DNA from: Candidatus Zixiibacteriota bacterium
Lineage (GTDB): Bacteria > Zixibacteria > MSB-5A5 > GN15 > FEB-12
Direction of reading: 5' to 3'
Length of the DNA stretch: 64,000 bases
Assembly: GCA_034439475.1 (NCBI GenBank)
Contig: JAWXAN010000060.1
Span: forward strand, 3,566 to 67,565
The notes beneath the pieces were generated by a model. It was not told where the DNA came from. It made no database searches and worked only from the letters and a program-made list of their open reading frames with translations. Numbering within the stretch: the first letter of the stretch is position 1; each line of letters begins with the position of its first letter. Below are positions 28,633 to 38,269 of the stretch, one piece after another. The position numbers and the translations under genes are program-made.

Positions 28633-29280
28633 TTATTTCTGTTCCGGCCAATTTGGCAAAGTGATGGTGATTGGGGCTAAGCTGTTGTAGCCAAAAAGGA
28701 TAGCCTCGACATCGATAGTTTCTGCCAGCTTATAAAACAAAGCCTTTGGACGAGGAATTTTGAATTCATCGAGTTTCACTTTGAATGAAATACGGGCATT
28801 TATCGCTTTTCCACTCGCCGTCGGGTTTCCAGCGGGCATAACAGCGAGTATATCAGCCGAGATTTTTCTTTTGACGCCATGAATGTAGAAAAAACCCTCG
28901 GCAATCATTTTGTAGCTTTGATCCGGTTGCCATGTTGTCGGAAGGCTGTCGATTGAGAGAAGTTCAAAATAAGCGTGAGGATATTTGTCGGTATGTAAAT
29001 GCCTCTCGCACATGTGCCCGTCGCGGGTCTCGATACCGGTTTTGAGTGTGCGAAGGTCCACCTGCAGGATACCGGAGACAGCGCTGTCGGCTCTGGCTGG
29101 GTCAAAGGTAAAGCTTCCTGAAATGTCGGCGGTCTTGCCCTCGATAAATTCAAGTTTCGCCGGAGAGCGAAAATACACCGAATCCTTTTTCGCAGAATTG
29201 TCGAGGGTGAAGGTCTCGGCCTGCACAGTTGAAAATGTCAGTAGAGCGCAAACTGATATGAAAAAATATATTCGCTTCAT
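28633..29280 (-). CDS. YceI-like periplasmic (polyisoprenoid-binding family) protein
   Basis: ATG at 29280 with AAGGAAA upstream (the track start is TTG). Signal peptide and the YceI pattern VDLRTLKTGIETRDGHM..HLHTDKYPHAYF...GFFYIHGVKRKIS. Confidence 0.65.
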   Translation of the reverse strand: MKRIYFFISVCALLTFSTVQAETFTLDNSAKKDSVYFRSPAKLEFIEGKTADISGSFTFDPARADSAVSGILQVDLRTLKTGIETRDGHMCERHLHTDKYPHAYFELLSIDSLPTTWQPDQSYKMIAEGFFYIHGVKRKISADILAVMPAGNPTASGKAINARISFKVKLDEFKIPRPKALFYKLAETIDVEAILFGYNSLAPITITLPNWPEQK

Positions 29281-29296
29281 ACGTTTCCTTTCGGCC

Positions 29297-29731
29297 TTAA
29301 TTATCAAACGCGCCTTGATTTATCCAATCCCGAATGAGGGTGAGTTCAGCATTGGAAAGATATGGCCCGCCGAGCGGCATTCTTGTGTAACCAATGGGAG
29401 GGTTGCTTGTAGCCACAGTATAAAGCAAACTGCTGTCAGCCTTAGGCGGAGTGCTAACCAATGATCCCCCTCTTCCTCCCTTCGCATTTCTAACATCAGT
29501 ATATGCAACCGAGCCAAGAGCAAGTCCGCCTTGGGATGATCCGGCTCCATGACACGATGCCGTCGCGCATCTGGTTTGAACGAGAGGTCTGATGCTCGCG
29601 GCGAAACTGACCCCGCCGCCATTGTTATTTCCGCCTGGGGGCGCCAAGGGAGACACGCCTTGATCTTCACAGCCGAGATATGAAAGTGAAAGGAGCCACA
29701 GAAGTAAGCTCGACCCGATAAAATGCCGCAT
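29297..29731 (-). CDS. Small lipoprotein with a PSCyt1-like (planctomycete cytochrome c-like) domain carrying C-X4-CH
   Basis: ATG at 29731 with AAGAGG upstream. Lipobox SYLGC. IRPLVQTRCATASCHGAGSSQGGLAL and C-terminal LIRDWINQGA resemble PSCyt1, but with CATASCH in place of CXXCH. Confidence 0.45.
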   Translation of the reverse strand: MRHFIGSSLLLWLLSLSYLGCEDQGVSPLAPPGGNNNGGGVSFAASIRPLVQTRCATASCHGAGSSQGGLALGSVAYTDVRNAKGGRGGSLVSTPPKADSSLLYTVATSNPPIGYTRMPLGGPYLSNAELTLIRDWINQGAFDN

Positions 29732-29750
29732 GGACAACCTCTTAAAATTC

Positions 29751-30782
29751 CTAATAGCCGAAATAGATTTGCAGAAAGAAATCATCAGTATCCTTTAATG
29801 CGCCTTCCATATAACGCGTGAATGAAGGTCTTAGTTGCAGGAACGGGATGGGATATAATTCGAGAGAAAGCCGGATAAACTCCTCTGTGCCGGTTGTGAA
29901 TGCTCGGTCGGGATCATAAAAATTATATTCGCCCACAAGATAAAGTCCGAATTCGATTCGCGCGTTGAAGGCGGCATAGGCCGCCATCGCTTCGTTTCCC
30001 CGGCCAATCAGTTTAAGTTCGCCGCTGGCTGTAAAGCGGCTATAGTTTAATGCACCAAAGACGGCCTTTGCATGGGGGAACGCGCCGTATCCATCCAACT
30101 CACGTTCGCTCACTCTCGCCGAAGCGCCAATGAGGTAGCCAAATGGATTGAGAAAACCGGCTTTGAAAGCATGAAAGCCAAAAATCGCCTGTTCATTCGG
30201 ATTAAACGTCTCGGCGACAACATTCACGCCCTTGATATCAAGTCCCAAAGATAAACCATCGAGATAAAGAGAATGGTAATCGGTACGAAGTCCGAAAGCC
30301 GGAGAGAACTGGCCAGCCTTTAAGTAGTGCTTGTCATCGCCGATGTATAGGAGCGCGTAATGTTCAGTGATCCCTCCTCCGGCAATGCGAAGATGGTATA
30401 AAAGGTGGTCAAAGGGCTCAACAGTCGCATAGAAGTCATTTTGGATTCTAATAATTCTGCCGCCTTCATCCAGGACAAGATAGCGATTGTCAAATCCGAT
30501 ATAGACACTCTCACTGAGCCTGGGACTTTTGTAGTGCTTCTCCACGTATTTCTTGGTCTGGGGCAGGCAAAGCTCCTGAAAAGCGACCGCATAATTTCCA
30601 AATTCGGTCCTCGCCCCCCCCCCATTAGGATTAATATGACAGGATTTGCATGGTATTCCATGCTCTGCCGACAACCGCGGAAGCGAGAGGGCATTGACGC
30701 CCATGATGATAATCAACACCGCCGGCAGTGCGAAGAGTTTAGTGCATGATTCCAGATTGTGCTTCTTGTGCGTTCGTGACAT
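29751..30782 (-). CDS. Secreted protein with an N-terminal CXXCH heme-binding motif fused to a predicted beta-barrel
   Basis: ATG at 30782 with AAGGGA upstream. Signal peptide and HGIPCKSCHINPNGGGAR (30636-30650 encodes CKSCH). This is followed by about 280 aa of alternating beta-strand pattern ending in ...FFLQIYFGY, an aromatic terminus. Confidence 0.5.
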   Translation of the reverse strand: MSRTHKKHNLESCTKLFALPAVLIIIMGVNALSLPRLSAEHGIPCKSCHINPNGGGARTEFGNYAVAFQELCLPQTKKYVEKHYKSPRLSESVYIGFDNRYLVLDEGGRIIRIQNDFYATVEPFDHLLYHLRIAGGGITEHYALLYIGDDKHYLKAGQFSPAFGLRTDYHSLYLDGLSLGLDIKGVNVVAETFNPNEQAIFGFHAFKAGFLNPFGYLIGASARVSERELDGYGAFPHAKAVFGALNYSRFTASGELKLIGRGNEAMAAYAAFNARIEFGLYLVGEYNFYDPDRAFTTGTEEFIRLSLELYPIPFLQLRPSFTRYMEGALKDTDDFFLQIYFGY

Positions 30783-30973
30783 ACCGTATCCCTTACTTCC
30801 TGTGACCAATTGACGATGCGCCGAGTTGTTCTTTCCTTATCGAGATCCACGCCTCATGCCTTAGTAAAGACAGAGGCTGTCGATTTAGCTTTCGTACATA
30901 GAGGGCATAGTGTGTAACAAACACAGTGCCGAAGCAATAGTAATCTTGTCAACCGCACAAAAGCGCCGTGACG

Positions 30974-32572
30974 TCAATGTTTGAAGTGACGAATTGATGT
31001 GAAAACCATCGCCGCGCCAGCCTTATCTGCCGCCTCAATTACTGCGTCGTCCCCCTTTGAACCACCCGGTTGAATGATAGCAGTTACACCAGCCTCGAGA
31101 GCAACCTCAAGTCCGTCGGGCATAGGGAAAAAAGCATCGGAAGCCAAAACTGCGCCCCTCGCCCGGTCTCCGGCCCTTTTGACCGCCATAAACGAAGAAT
31201 CCACCCGCGAAGTCTGGCCCATGCCGATTCCGACAGTCGCGCTATTTTTAGCCAGTACAATGGCATTGGATTTGGTCTGCTTTACCACTTTCCAGGCGAA
31301 TAACAGCGAACGAAGTTCTTCTTCACTCGGCGAGCGTTTCGTCGCAACTTTGAGGGATGACTTGTCCAGTTGATGACAATCCTCGGTTTGGACGAGCAAG
31401 CCGCCATGAATCTGTCGGAAGAGCAAACGTGCCTTGTTTGTTGACTGATTTATCTCCGGCAATACCAGAAGACGACGGTTCTTTTTTTTCATAAGCAAAG
31501 CGAGCGATTCATCACTGTACGACGGCGCAACAATACATTCAATAAAATCTGTCTCATGGAGCAATTTGGCGCATTCAATATCCACATGACGATTCAGTCC
31601 GATTATAGAGCCAAAGGCCGACAACGGATCGCACTCATAGGCGCGCTGATAGGCATCGGCAATGGTGGTTGCTGCGGCCGCTCCGCACGGATTGCCGTGC
31701 TTGACAACACAAGCAAACGGCTCCGCGAACTCTTTCAGGAGGTCAAGACAGGCATCGAGATCGCCGTAATTATTATATGAGGGTTCCTTGCCGCTGAGGA
31801 TCGTTGCATTTACCAAACTCAATCCATCGTTGTCGGCTTCGGCGTAGAGTGCGGCTTGCTGGTGCGGATTTTCGCCATATCTCAGTGTCGATTTGTGCTC
31901 AAAGCTGAGTTGAAAGCGCGGTGGCAGTTCTGACAACTTGTGTTTTGGCTCTTTTTGTCGCCCAGCAGGATCTGACGACCGTGAATAGTATGCCGAAATT
32001 GAGGCATCATAGGCCGCAGTCTTAGTGAAGGCTTTCAGAGAACAGCGGCGACGAAAGGCAAGTTCTGTCTGACCATTGTTGTCGCGCAATTGCTCGATGA
32101 GAGTCGAATAGTCCGATGGGTCCACGATTACCGTCACAAAATCAAAATTTTTTGCAGCAGAACGAATCATCGACGGCCCGCCGATATCAATGTTTTCAAT
32201 CGCCTCTTCTTCAGTCACATTCGGATTCGCAATTGTCTTTTCAAACGGGTAGAGTGAAACTACAACCAAATCTATTGCCTTGGTGTCAAGCGCTTCAAGT
32301 TCGACAACATCTTTTGGAACATCGCGGCGAAACAGGATGCCGCCATGAATTTTGGGGTGCAGTGTTTTGACCCGTCCTTCCAGCACTTCAGGCGAACCGG
32401 TAAACGAGGAAACAGCGATGGCATGAATACCGGCTTCGCGAATCGTCCTCAGCGTGCCCCCGGTCGAGAGGATTTCAATGCCGAGCGTGTCAAGTTCACG
32501 GGCAAGCTCCACCAGCCCCAATTTGTCGGAAACCGAAATAAGTGCGCGTTTTATTCGTTTTGTCTCAAGCAT
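30974..32572 (-). CDS. purH: Bifunctional AICAR transformylase / IMP cyclohydrolase
   Basis: RALISVSDK MGS-like N-terminus and a conserved C-terminal AICARFT region ending ...FTSIRHFKH. Confidence 0.95.
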   Translation of the reverse strand: MLETKRIKRALISVSDKLGLVELARELDTLGIEILSTGGTLRTIREAGIHAIAVSSFTGSPEVLEGRVKTLHPKIHGGILFRRDVPKDVVELEALDTKAIDLVVVSLYPFEKTIANPNVTEEEAIENIDIGGPSMIRSAAKNFDFVTVIVDPSDYSTLIEQLRDNNGQTELAFRRRCSLKAFTKTAAYDASISAYYSRSSDPAGRQKEPKHKLSELPPRFQLSFEHKSTLRYGENPHQQAALYAEADNDGLSLVNATILSGKEPSYNNYGDLDACLDLLKEFAEPFACVVKHGNPCGAAAATTIADAYQRAYECDPLSAFGSIIGLNRHVDIECAKLLHETDFIECIVAPSYSDESLALLMKKKNRRLLVLPEINQSTNKARLLFRQIHGGLLVQTEDCHQLDKSSLKVATKRSPSEEELRSLLFAWKVVKQTKSNAIVLAKNSATVGIGMGQTSRVDSSFMAVKRAGDRARGAVLASDAFFPMPDGLEVALEAGVTAIIQPGGSKGDDAVIEAADKAGAAMVFTSIRHFKH

Positions 32573-34082
32573 TAACTTTCTTTCCTGTCAATAATTCCAA
32601 CGCCCGTTCATATCTCTCGGCCGCCGCCTCGATGACTGCATCAGGAAGAGACGGGCCAGGTGGTTTTTTATTCCAGTCGAGGGTTTCCAGGTAATCGCGA
32701 ATCGGCTGCTTGTCAAACGACGGCACCGAGCTTCCGACCCGGTAACTTTCGACTGGCCAGAACCGGCTGGAATCTGGTGTGAGCGCTTCATCGATAAGGA
32801 TAAACTCTCCATTGCGAAAGCCAAACTCGAATTTTGTGTCGGCGATTATTATACCGCGCGAGAGGGCATACTCTGATGCTTTGGTATAAATCGCCAACGA
32901 TTTTTCTTTGCACAACCCGGCGGTCTTTTCTCCGACAAGCGAGATCATCGTCTCAAAGCTGATATTCTCGTCATGACCGGAATCATTCTTTGACGATGGG
33001 CTGAATATCGGTTCGGGAAGTATTTCTGACTCTTGCATCGAAGGTGAGAAAGTAAAACCGTGCACATTATTCTTCCCATGCTTTCTTGCCTCCACGAGTT
33101 CTTTCCAGAGCGAGCCGGAGAGATAGCCGCGCACAATACATTCGACATCGACCCGATCGGCTTTGGCAACAATCATGGAACGCCCCTCAAGCTGCCCGCT
33201 GTATCTTTTGAGCGGCGCGGGGAAATCATTAATATCCGCGCTGACAACATGATTCGGGACTATATCTCGAAGAAAATCAAACCAGAAGAGCGAAATCTGC
33301 GTCAACAGTTTTCCCTTCACCGGTATTCCATTAGGCAGCACAACATCGAATGCCGAGATGCGGTCGGTCGCGACAAAAAGATAAGTCTCACCGAGGTCAT
33401 AAATATCTCTGACCTTGCCTCTTCGGAAAAGCGGATACTCGCAGATATTAGTGTTTAAGAGAATTTGTCCATGACGAAACTGGTATTGTCCGGTGATAAG
33501 CTTCTGAATAACCAATGGATACAGACGATGCTCCTCTGCTTGCACTCGCGCCGCAAGGGTTTCCGGAGTGTCATTTTGCAGAACCGGCACTTTAACCTGC
33601 TCCAAGATCATTCCTTTGTCGTACTCTTCATCCACAAGATGAATTGTCGCTCCGGTTTCTTTATCGCCTGAAGCGAGCACGGCCTCGTGTACTTTTCGGC
33701 CATACATCCCTTTGCCGCCGTATTTGGGGAGAAGGGCCGGATGAATATTGACGATGCGGCCGGAATATTCGCGAACCACTGCTTTTGGCAATAGTTTCAA
33801 GAATCCAGCCAGCGCGATATGACTGATTTTGCTTTCATTGAGCCGCTTCAATAAAAGCTCCGCGATGTCAGCTTCGCTTTGTTGAGTATACTCTATTACA
33901 CACATTGGGATATATGCCATTTTGGCCCGCTCCAATCCATAGGCATCTGCATTGTTTGAAATCACGAGCGATATCTGGCCGCTTAAACGTCTTTCAGACG
34001 ATGCATCAATCAATGACTGCAAACCGCTCCCACTTCCCGAAATGAAAACAGCAATGCGAGCGTTCGATGACATATTTGGCAT
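32565..34082 (-). CDS. Fusion protein: GAR formyltransferase (PurN, N-terminal about 205 aa) + SAICAR synthetase (PurC, C-terminal about 300 aa)
   Basis: The PurN part has IAVFISGSGSGLQ, NIHPALLPKYGG and ATIHLVDEEYDKG. The PurC part has GKVRDIYDLG and VATDRISAFDVVL. It is a single uninterrupted frame. The start is an ATG at 34082 or 34073 (the track start is TTG). Confidence 0.85.
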   Translation of the reverse strand: MPNMSSNARIAVFISGSGSGLQSLIDASSERRLSGQISLVISNNADAYGLERAKMAYIPMCVIEYTQQSEADIAELLLKRLNESKISHIALAGFLKLLPKAVVREYSGRIVNIHPALLPKYGGKGMYGRKVHEAVLASGDKETGATIHLVDEEYDKGMILEQVKVPVLQNDTPETLAARVQAEEHRLYPLVIQKLITGQYQFRHGQILLNTNICEYPLFRRGKVRDIYDLGETYLFVATDRISAFDVVLPNGIPVKGKLLTQISLFWFDFLRDIVPNHVVSADINDFPAPLKRYSGQLEGRSMIVAKADRVDVECIVRGYLSGSLWKELVEARKHGKNNVHGFTFSPSMQESEILPEPIFSPSSKNDSGHDENISFETMISLVGEKTAGLCKEKSLAIYTKASEYALSRGIIIADTKFEFGFRNGEFILIDEALTPDSSRFWPVESYRVGSSVPSFDKQPIRDYLETLDWNKKPPGPSLPDAVIEAAAERYERALELLTGKKVNA

Positions 34083-34090
34083 AGGAAAGT

Positions 34091-35557
34091 TCAACCTTCA
34101 AGCATTTTCTTCAGAAGGGTACTAACAACATTTGGATTTGCCCGGCCTCCGGTTGCTTTCATGGTCTGCCCGACAAAAAAACCAAAGAGCGCAGTCTTGC
34201 CTGCACGATAGCTGGTGACATTTGCCTGATTCTTATCAAAAATCTCAGTTATAACTTCTTCAAGCAAAGACTCATCCGAAATTTGCTCCAGCACCTTCTT
34301 TTGAATTATGGACGCAGGGCTTTTGCCGGAAATGTTCATCTCTTTAAAGACGGTCTTGGCGATTTTACCGGAAATCTTGCCTGACTTTACCAGGGTTAAG
34401 AGATCTGCAATTATTTCCGGTTCGATTGTGCAGGTTGCGATATCTTTTTTTTGCTGATTAATCACTCCAAGAAGCTCGGTCTGTATCCAGTTTGAGGCGG
34501 CGATACCGTCACCGAAACTCTCCATGACCTTTTCGTAATATTTCGCAAGCGCCCTCGTAGCGGTCAATACCTGCGCGTCGTATTCACGAATACCATATTG
34601 CGTGACAAATCGGGTGGCGCGAGCTTTGGGGAGTTCCGGAAGGCTGTCTCTCACCGAGTGTATCCATGAATCAGAAATCACAAGATTCACCAAGTCTGGC
34701 TCGGGGAAATAGCGATAGTCATGCGATTCTTCTTTGGTGCGCATCATCTCCGCGGCCTGTTTGGCCTCGTTCCAAAGCAACGTAGCCTGGATGACTTCGC
34801 CGCCGCTTTGTATGAGCGCAATCTGACGATTTATCTCATAGGTAATCGCCCGCTCAACACCTTTAAAGGAATTCATATTTTTGACTTCTGTCCGAGTACC
34901 GAATTTTTTCTGACCGACCGGACGGACAGAGACATTGGCATCGCATCGCAAATGCCCCTTTTCCATGTCCCCGGAACAGACTTCAAGATACTGCACAAGC
35001 TGTCGTAATGTTACAAGGTATGCATAGGCCTCTTCGGGACTTCGGATATCAGCTTCGGTCACGATCTCAATTAGCGGCGCGCCGCATCGGTTGAGATCAA
35101 CTCTCGAGTAATTTTCGCCGGCTTCGGGATGAAGCAGTTTGCCGGCATCTTCTTCAAGATGGATTCGGATAAGCCGGCAGAGTTTTTCTTCGCCGGAATC
35201 CAGTCGATATGGTATCGAACCGCCTTCGCCAATAGGTTTGTCGAACTGGGAAATTTGGTAGCCCTTGGGAAGATCGGGATAGAAATAATTCTTACGGGCG
35301 AACACCGAGCGGTTGCTGACCTTTCCGCCGACTGCAAGAATCATCTTCATCGCATACTCGGCGGCCTTCTTATTGAGAACCGGAAGCGACCCCGGCAGGC
35401 CGAGACATATGGGACAAGTGTATGTATTCGGGGACGCGCCGTAGGCGGATTTACAGCCGCAGAAGACTTTAGTTTCCGTCAAAAGCTGAGCGTGAACTTC
35501 AAGGCCGATTACCGGCTCAAAACCATTATACTCTGCCACGTCTTCTTCCCTGATCAA
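34091..35557 (-). CDS. gatB: Asp/Glu-tRNA amidotransferase subunit B
   Basis: VIGLEVHAQL, RCDANVS and a YqeY-like C-terminal tail. The track start is TTG. An alternative GTG is at 35539. Confidence 0.95.
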   Translation of the reverse strand: MIREEDVAEYNGFEPVIGLEVHAQLLTETKVFCGCKSAYGASPNTYTCPICLGLPGSLPVLNKKAAEYAMKMILAVGGKVSNRSVFARKNYFYPDLPKGYQISQFDKPIGEGGSIPYRLDSGEEKLCRLIRIHLEEDAGKLLHPEAGENYSRVDLNRCGAPLIEIVTEADIRSPEEAYAYLVTLRQLVQYLEVCSGDMEKGHLRCDANVSVRPVGQKKFGTRTEVKNMNSFKGVERAITYEINRQIALIQSGGEVIQATLLWNEAKQAAEMMRTKEESHDYRYFPEPDLVNLVISDSWIHSVRDSLPELPKARATRFVTQYGIREYDAQVLTATRALAKYYEKVMESFGDGIAASNWIQTELLGVINQQKKDIATCTIEPEIIADLLTLVKSGKISGKIAKTVFKEMNISGKSPASIIQKKVLEQISDESLLEEVITEIFDKNQANVTSYRAGKTALFGFFVGQTMKATGGRANPNVVSTLLKKMLEG

Positions 35558-35608
35558 CTTCCTATGTATGTGTGAGCGTCCAAAGTCAGTCCTTGCCTAT
35601 TTCCGGCT

Positions 35609-37045
35609 TTATTGAATATCCGCGACTATTTTTGAAACCTGAAACAACGCTGTTTCGTTCATATACCCTGCAATAAACTGAACACCAATCGGTCTCCCAT
35701 CCCTTGAAACTCCAAACGGTACCGAGATCGCGGGTATTCCAGCAAGGTTGGCTGGTGCGGTGTAGACATCGCTCAGGTACATTGCCAGTGGATCGGAAAT
35801 CTTTTCGCCGAGTTTGAAGGCCGGAGTTGGCGCTGTCGGCGAAATTATCATATCCACAGTTTTGAAAGCTTCTTCGTATTCCCGTCGCATAAGTTCGCGC
35901 ACTTTCGAAGCCTTGATATAATAGGCGTCGTAGTAACCCGACGACAGCACGTATGTCCCAAGCATTATTCTCCGTTTCACTTCACGCCCAAATCCTTTTG
36001 CGCGAGTGTCGCCATACATTTGCGCTAAGGATTTGTCACGGCTCTCGCGAAGGCCGTATTTGACTCCATCAAACCGCGCAAGATTAGCCGACGCTTCGGC
36101 AGATGCCACAATATAATAGATCGGAATCGCCATCTGGGTCATGGGAAGCGAGATTTCGATAAATGAATGGCCTTCTTTTTTAAGAGAGTCAATTGCCCTC
36201 TGTACGACATCGCCGACTTCAGGCTCAAGTCCTTTAGCAAAATATTCTTTCGGAATCCCAAACCGAAACTTCTTCTCTGTCTTAAGCGCAGACGCGTAAT
36301 TAGGATGATCAAAGGCGACCGAGGTCGAATCATTGCTGTCGCGTCCGCAGACCGCCGAATAAACAAGCGCAAGGTCCTCGATTGAATTTGCAAACGGACT
36401 TATCTGGTCGGTAGAGGAAGCGAATGCCACAAGTCCGTAACGCGATATACCGCCATACGAAGGCTTCAGGCCATAGACACCGCAAAAAGATGCCGGTTGT
36501 CGTACTGACCCGCCCGTCTCGGAACCGAATGCAAGCGGAACAATTCTTTGGGCCACTACCGCCGCTGAGCCGCCCGATGATCCGCCCGGCGCCAAATCAT
36601 GTCGGACCGGATTTTTGACCGGACCGTAGTAAGAATTCTCATTGGATGATCCCATGGCGAACTCATCCATATTCGTCTTGCCGATTATAACCGCCCCGGC
36701 ATCGACAAGCCGGGTAACAACCGTCGCATCATAGGGCGGAACATATTTATCGAGAATATGCGAGGCGCAGGTACAGGGATAATCGGTGTATGAAATATTA
36801 TCTTTGATTGCGATTGGAACCCCCGCGAGGGGCAAATTGGAAGCCTTGCCGGATTTTACGACCTCATCGACCGCCTTTGCTTGCGCGAGCGCCTTCTCTT
36901 CACAGAGGGTAATGAAGGCGTTGAGCTCTTTCCCCTCGGTTCCGGCAAGCCGCAAGGCCTCTTTCGCTAAATCGACAGCCCGTAGTTTTCCGGAACGAAC
37001 CTGCTCGGATATTTCTACGGCCGTTAGATTCTTATAGTCCGACAT
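35609..37045 (-). CDS. gatA: Asp/Glu-tRNA amidotransferase subunit A
   Basis: Amidase signature GGSSGGSAAVVA and the KDNI region. ATG at 37045 (MSDYKNLTAVEISEQV). The longer track ORF starts at TTG inside the upstream gene end. Confidence 0.95.
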   Translation of the reverse strand: MSDYKNLTAVEISEQVRSGKLRAVDLAKEALRLAGTEGKELNAFITLCEEKALAQAKAVDEVVKSGKASNLPLAGVPIAIKDNISYTDYPCTCASHILDKYVPPYDATVVTRLVDAGAVIIGKTNMDEFAMGSSNENSYYGPVKNPVRHDLAPGGSSGGSAAVVAQRIVPLAFGSETGGSVRQPASFCGVYGLKPSYGGISRYGLVAFASSTDQISPFANSIEDLALVYSAVCGRDSNDSTSVAFDHPNYASALKTEKKFRFGIPKEYFAKGLEPEVGDVVQRAIDSLKKEGHSFIEISLPMTQMAIPIYYIVASAEASANLARFDGVKYGLRESRDKSLAQMYGDTRAKGFGREVKRRIMLGTYVLSSGYYDAYYIKASKVRELMRREYEEAFKTVDMIISPTAPTPAFKLGEKISDPLAMYLSDVYTAPANLAGIPAISVPFGVSRDGRPIGVQFIAGYMNETALFQVSKIVADIQ

Positions 37046-37121
37046 GCGGGAGAATATAGAACTCAAGGGATAAAGCGCAAGAAGAATAGATAAGTAAGAA
37101 CTACTATGGTAGAAGAGACGC

Positions 37122-38267
37122 CTATTTTGTTTCAAGCGATTTGATTAAATCGCGCGCAATAACCAGCCGTTGAATTTCCGAAGTGCCTTCGCCGATTTCG
37201 CAGAGTTTGACATCACGCCACATTCTCTCTACAGGATATGGGCCAGTATAAAAGCCAATCCCACCAAGAATGGTCATGGCCGTCGCGCAGGCGCGCGTGC
37301 CGACTTCGGAAGCGAACAGTTTACACATAGCCGAATGGCGGCTAAAGGGGACACCAGCATCTTTCATGGCGGCCGTTTCGTAGATCATCAGACGCGCGGC
37401 CTCGAGTTCAGTTGCCATATCGGCCAGCTTGTGCGCAATCCCCTGAAAAGTAGCAATCGGTTTCCCGAATTGCATTCGTTCTGCGGCAAATTTGACCGCG
37501 CAATCAAAGGCCCCCTGTCCGAGACCAAGCGCCATTGCGCCAATGCTGATACGTCCGCCATCGAGTGTGATCAGCATCTGTTTGAAACCCATACCCACCT
37601 CGCCAAGTCGGTTCTCATCCGGAACTTTCATATCTGAAAAATGCAGGAATGCCGTATCCGAACCGCGAAGTCCCAATTTGTTCTCTTTTTTGCCGACAGC
37701 ATATCCATCCCAGTCTTTCTCGAAGATAAAAGTGGTAATACGTTTGTCGGTCAGATCGCTCGATGTGCGTGCGGTGGCATTGACAGCGAATGCCTGCGGC
37801 GCCGAAGTTATCCAGCATTTCGAGCCATTGACCGTCCAACTGTCACCGTTTTTGACCGCCTGTGTGCGTGTGCCGCCGGCATCGGAGCCGGCATCGGGTT
37901 CGGTGAGTCCGAACGCAAGCAACTCCCCTTTTGCGGCGCGCGGAAGATACTTTTTTTTCTGCGCCTCTGAGCCAAACCGATAAATCGGAACTGTCCCAAG
38001 TGAGTTATGCGCCGCGACAATAATACCAGTAGAACCGCAGACCCGGCAAAGTTCCTCGACTGCAATGCAGTATGAAATGGTATCAATCGGACGTCCCCCG
38101 TACGCTTCCGGCACAAGCGCGCCCATGAGACCGAAATCAGTCAGCGGTTTTAGATGTTCGGTCGGGAATCTCTGTTCAAGGTCAAGCGTCAGCGCGAGAG
38201 GTTCAATGACATCTTGCGCAAACGCACGGACTCGCTCGCGGTATTCGGTGTGCTTTTTATCCAACAC
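37122..38267 (-). CDS. Acyl-CoA dehydrogenase (short/branched-chain type)
   Basis: ACAD fold motifs (GLTEPDAGSD, catalytic-base region EIGEGTSEIQRLVIAR). 381 aa. Confidence 0.9.
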   Translation of the reverse strand: MLDKKHTEYRERVRAFAQDVIEPLALTLDLEQRFPTEHLKPLTDFGLMGALVPEAYGGRPIDTISYCIAVEELCRVCGSTGIIVAAHNSLGTVPIYRFGSEAQKKKYLPRAAKGELLAFGLTEPDAGSDAGGTRTQAVKNGDSWTVNGSKCWITSAPQAFAVNATARTSSDLTDKRITTFIFEKDWDGYAVGKKENKLGLRGSDTAFLHFSDMKVPDENRLGEVGMGFKQMLITLDGGRISIGAMALGLGQGAFDCAVKFAAERMQFGKPIATFQGIAHKLADMATELEAARLMIYETAAMKDAGVPFSRHSAMCKLFASEVGTRACATAMTILGGIGFYTGPYPVERMWRDVKLCEIGEGTSEIQRLVIARDLIKSLETK

Positions 38268-38269
38268 AA

